Source: Patescibacteria group bacterium (GTDB taxonomy: Bacteria; Patescibacteriota; Microgenomatia; Levybacterales; UBA12049). Taken from it: a DNA stretch of 64,000 nt. This document shows positions 60,537-64,000 of the stretch, piece by piece (the first letter of the stretch is position 1; each line of letters opens with the position of its first letter). The notes below the pieces were generated by a model. It was not told the DNA's origin and ran no database searches. It saw only the letters and a list, made by a program, of their open reading frames with translations. Location: NCBI GenBank assembly GCA_026004395.1, contig BPJB01000001.1:455343-519342 (forward strand). Reading direction: 5' to 3'. Made by a program: the position numbers and the translations under genes.

Positions 60537-61523
60537 GTGATGGATAATTTTTGGCAAAAGCTACCAAAACCTATATTTGCTTTAGCACCAATGGAGAACG
60601 TCACAGATACTGTTTTCCGACGTATTATTATAAGTTGTGGCCGACCTAGTGTAGTTTTTACTGAATTTACAAATGTTGATGGTCTTTTTTCAAGAGGATC
60701 AGAGATTGTAAATAAAAGGTTAATATTTACAAAAGAAGAAAGTCCAATCGTCGCACAAATTTGGGGAGTAAATCCTGAAAATTATTTTAAAGCAGCAAAA
60801 TTGATCAAAGAGAAAGGGTTTCAAGGAATAGATATTAACATGGGGTGTCCTGATCGTAGCGTTATTAAGAAAGGTGTTTGTTCTGCACTAATAAATAATA
60901 GATCTTTGGCAAAAGAAATAATAGAAGCTACGAAAGAGGGAGCTGAAAATCTTCCTGTAAGCGTAAAGACAAGAATAGGATTTCAAAACATAATTACTGA
61001 AGATTGGATTGGTTTTTTACTTGAACAAGATCTTGCATGTATCACTATCCACGCTCGTACTGTAAAGGAACTTTCAAAGGTACCTGCTCATTGGGACGAA
61101 ATAAAAAAAGCAGTAAAACTAAAAGACAATATAAATCCAAAAACAATTATTATTGGCAATGGTGACATAGGTTCATACGAAGAAGCAATAAAAAAAATCA
61201 ATCTTTATGAAGTTGATGGAGTAATGATTGGTCGTGGAGTTTTTCACGATCCTTGGATATTTAATCCTTCTCATCATGGAGCTGATGTTACCTTTGATGA
61301 AAAAATAAAAAAATTTAAGGAGCATATTGAACTTTTTGAAAAAACTTGGGGAGAAGAGAAGCCATTTCATGAAATGAAAAAACTCTTTAAGTGTTATATT
61401 AATGGTATAAAGAATGCAACTATTATTAGAAATAGATTAATTAAACTCAGTACAAGCAATGACTTAAAATCTGAACTTCAAAAGTTACAGGCAGAATTTC
61501 TACTTGGTAAAAATATTACTTAG
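60537..61523 (+). CDS. tRNA-dihydrouridine synthase (Dus family, TIM-barrel FMN enzyme)
   Basis: LAPMENVTDTVFRRII.., ..DINMGCP.. (catalytic Cys), ..ITIHARTVKE..; 328 aa. Confidence 0.85.
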   Translation: MMDNFWQKLPKPIFALAPMENVTDTVFRRIIISCGRPSVVFTEFTNVDGLFSRGSEIVNKRLIFTKEESPIVAQIWGVNPENYFKAAKLIKEKGFQGIDINMGCPDRSVIKKGVCSALINNRSLAKEIIEATKEGAENLPVSVKTRIGFQNIITEDWIGFLLEQDLACITIHARTVKELSKVPAHWDEIKKAVKLKDNINPKTIIIGNGDIGSYEEAIKKINLYEVDGVMIGRGVFHDPWIFNPSHHGADVTFDEKIKKFKEHIELFEKTWGEEKPFHEMKKLFKCYINGIKNATIIRNRLIKLSTSNDLKSELQKLQAEFLLGKNIT

Positions 61524-61816
61524 TAGAATATTTCTAGAAATTCTTGCTCTTACTCAGTATTATTTTTATCCCTATTGTAAATACAATTAAAATAATGAAG
61601 ATAAAGAGTATGAATTATCCACATTTAGCCTTCATCTATTGCTGAGATCTACCGAAAGTTTTACTTAATAATTTCATAATTAATGTATGTTTAATAAATA
61701 TAAATTGTAGTTTTGCAAAAGATAATGAAGCGCTAGAAAGAAATATGTAAACAATTAGCTGTTTTTGAATTCTTAAAGTACTTAATTTTTTTAGATTCGT
61801 GTAAAATTCAAAAAAG

Positions 61817-61890
61817 TACCCCGTAGGGGATTCGAACCCCTGATTACCTGGCTGAAAACCAGGTGTCCTAGGCCACTAGACGAACGGGGC
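61817..61890 (-). tRNA. tRNA-Glu (anticodon UUC)
   Basis: Reverse complement gives gccccgt-tc-gtc-tagtggccta-ggac-a-cctgg-ttTTCag-ccagg-taatc-agggg-ttcgaat-cccct-acggggt-a, very close to bacterial tRNA-Glu. Position 1:72 is a G.U pair. Confidence 0.85.
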
Positions 61891-61979
61891 GATAGAACTT
61901 TTAAAACTACTACACAAATCAGACCGTCTCTTACGAAACGGTCTGATAAATTATATCGAAAACTGAAAGTGAAAACAAC

Positions 61980-62642
61980 CTACTTCAGCTTTCTGCGCAG
62001 TGCTTCAAGAATAGCTCGAGCAGTATCTTGTCCTCCAAGACCAAAAGCAATTCCACCTGCTATAGCTACCATGGCAACAAATCCTGTAAAAAGAATTCTT
62101 ATTAGATCAGCTGCAACACCAAGCTGTGATAAAACAGCTAAAATAACAAAGACAATGACTGCCCATCTAGTTATTGATGCTATCAATTTTGATCCATCAG
62201 GAGAGATCCCTCTACTTGCTCCCAGAACTACATCATGAGCTATATTAGCAAACGCAAACCCAACAACACCAATAATTGCCGCCACAAATACATTGGGAAG
62301 ATAAAGTAAGAAAGAATTAAGTACCACTATTATTTGTGGAAGGCCCCAGACATCTGCTGTTGGAATCAAGAAAATAATTATCACAAACCAACGAGCGACC
62401 TCACCAAATATGTTTGCCCAGCTGTACTCTTTTTTCCCTTCCGGAACACCGTATTTGTGTAAGTATGACTCAAGATTAAAACGATCAAAAATCTCTTTAA
62501 CCAAACGTTTAACAATGGATCCTACAATAATACCAATGAGAAGGATTATAAGACCTGTCAAAAAATTCGGGAGAAAAGAGGCAGCGGAATAAAATCCCTC
62601 ACGAAGTGAGTTCAGGAGAGTGTCTCCTATACTGTTTCTCAT
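61980..62642 (-). CDS. Integral membrane protein (4-5 TM), possibly MscS-like/conserved-TM-helix family
   Basis: 220 aa, N-terminal amphipathic segment then TM helices (FLTGLIILLIGIIVGSIV..; ..WAVIVFVILAVLSQLG..; ..GFVAMVAIAGGIAFGLG). Confidence 0.35.
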   Translation of the reverse strand: MRNSIGDTLLNSLREGFYSAASFLPNFLTGLIILLIGIIVGSIVKRLVKEIFDRFNLESYLHKYGVPEGKKEYSWANIFGEVARWFVIIIFLIPTADVWGLPQIIVVLNSFLLYLPNVFVAAIIGVVGFAFANIAHDVVLGASRGISPDGSKLIASITRWAVIVFVILAVLSQLGVAADLIRILFTGFVAMVAIAGGIAFGLGGQDTARAILEALRRKLK

Positions 62643-62739
62643 GTAATCACCTCCTTTCTTCAGTATTTATTCGGCTTAATATTCAATATGACAAATTAAA
62701 ATATAGATCTCATCCGTAGTCTATGCTTCTTTGTTTTGC

Positions 62740-62769
62740 TTGTCAAGATGTATATAAGACTGGTATAAT
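62740..62769 (+). promoter_or_regulatory. tRNA-Lys promoter: TTGTCA-18 bp-TGgTATAAT (extended -10)
   Basis: -35 TTGTCA 62740-45; extended -10 TGgTATAAT 62761-69; ~35 nt upstream of the mature tRNA 5' end. Confidence 0.5.
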
Positions 62770-62804
62770 TTGTAATGCTCTTAGTTAAACTCTATGAAAT
62801 AGAA

Positions 62805-62879
62805 GGGCCGTTAGCTCAGCGGTAGAGCAGGAGCCTTTTAAGCTCTTGGTCGCAGGTTCGAATCCTGCACGGCTCACCA
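62805..62879 (+). tRNA. tRNA-Lys (anticodon UUU), CCA encoded
   Basis: gggccgt-ta-gctc-agcggtag-agc..ggagc-ctTTTaa-gctct..gcagg-ttcgaat-cctgc-acggctc-a-cca; near-identical architecture to E. coli tRNA-Lys. Confidence 0.9.
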
Positions 62880-64000
62880 AATAGTATTAAAACAGAATAT
62901 AAATTAAAGAGATATAAAAATTTGAATAAAATGTTCCATTTTATGTCATTTATCCTTCTGTTGTCCACAATTAAGGTTTAAAAAAAATCTTATGTTTATA
63001 AAGCGGGCTGAAGTATCCGAAATATTTAAAGTTTGTAGAAATTTCTGGCATTTTACAGTTTTATTTAAAATTATCGATTAGAATTATTCCTTCAATATCT
63101 CATTAAATCTGTTACTGTGACTATATAAAAGTCTTTTTGAATATTTTCAGCTTTATATAACACAAATCTTTATCTATCAGACATTCAAACCTGTCATCAA
63201 GTAATTATTGTTACTGATACTCAAGTTTTGATATCTCTGATAGCTCATCTTTTTTTTGGTAAATCTGTACGTTCTGTTTTCCTCAATTTGGTGAATCTGT
63301 CATCTTGCAATAGTGATAAAAAATTTATGTAATTGCATTTTTTTGAAAAATTGTTAAAAAAATTAATCTTGAATTCGATTATGCGGAACTGTTTTTATTG
63401 CAGTGTAAGACACAACGAGAATCAGAACTACAATGGTAATAATAAATACCTTGTTTGTAGGTCTTTATAGCATATTACTTCCAATATTTAGTAAAAGTTA
63501 AGATTCCTCTTAAAGAAAACTATACAGAACATTTTTTGATTAATTTGTTTTAGGAAATGCAAAACATCTTGTAATCTATAAAAAATTCATAAGAGATTAA
63601 ATAATAAAAAATTTAATCTATTCTTCATACTAATCGCAAATACTCTATTTTAAGGATTGTGAGTTTAAATTATGAAAAGTATAGAGTTATAGGCTTATGA
63701 ATAAAGAATTCAGATTCTTAATTATTGTTTAAATTGATAGTCTTATAGCTGTTATGAAGCCATTAAGTCTGACACCATTATCTATTGAGATTTCCACTAT
63801 TTTTTTAATCATGTATTTATTAGTACTTTAAAGACATCTGCTGAATTTGAAGCCAGAAGTATCGTCAGAAAGGCTTTAGTCATTAATGCTATGTCACTTC
63901 ACAATATTATTCATGTTCTTCTTATTTCTCTACTCATCTGGATAAAAGCATGAAGTACATGAATTAATGGAGTAAGGTGTTTATGTTCCCTTGATGTTTA

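Overview
This is a low-GC (roughly 35%), gene-dense bacterial chromosome segment. The divergent, compact housekeeping proteins point to a reduced-genome lineage, possibly CPR/Patescibacteria-like, but that is inference only. Almost everything is core machinery. Cell division is at the left edge: a partial ftsA, then ftsZ. A type-2 isoleucyl-tRNA synthetase is followed by a SEDS FtsW/RodA gene and then rplU-rpmA with a ParB gene translationally coupled to rpmA. Signal peptidase I and tRNA-Val(CAC) come next. A complete F1Fo ATP synthase operon (atpBEFHAGDC) sits on the minus strand, followed by dnaE. A GGDEF gene is embedded in a gatCAB operon, and the lipid II isoglutaminyl synthase pair murT/gatD is directly upstream of it. 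htpX, lemA and a PolX/PHP polymerase follow. A tRNA-dense accessory patch holds tRNA-Asp(GUC), a double-LysM protein, tRNA-Gly(CCC), a PlsC-like acyltransferase and a GXSXG hydrolase. After it come pyrG, rplS, yraN, pyk, and a divergent uvrB/lexA SOS pair, then rsmI. A carbon-metabolism block on the minus strand runs acs-like ligase, eno, ppsA, archaeal-type PGI/PMI, cupin, IMPase/FBPase, phosphoglucomutase. The right end holds a secreted GH-A hydrolase, dus, tRNA-Glu(UUC) and tRNA-Lys(UUU). No CRISPR array, integrase or transposase was seen. The most unusual element is a two-gene module at 4.2-6.7 kb: an Nramp-family permease translationally coupled to a stand-alone MgtE-type cytoplasmic sensor (PRC barrel + MgtE_N + CBS pair, no membrane domain). 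In the Nramp the canonical transition-metal residues are replaced (TM1 DPGN becomes D-A-G-G, TM6 MPH becomes T-A-W), which is the signature of Nramp-related Mg2+ transporters. Other points worth a second look are a ~0.9 kb ORF-free region upstream of pyrG carrying a strongly SD-preceded 27-codon hydrophobic mini-ORF and a 9-10 bp inverted repeat, a non-canonical candidate LexA operator between uvrB and lexA, a textbook promoter with an operator-like palindrome between rplU and rpmA, and a >1.1 kb AT-rich gene desert after tRNA-Lys.
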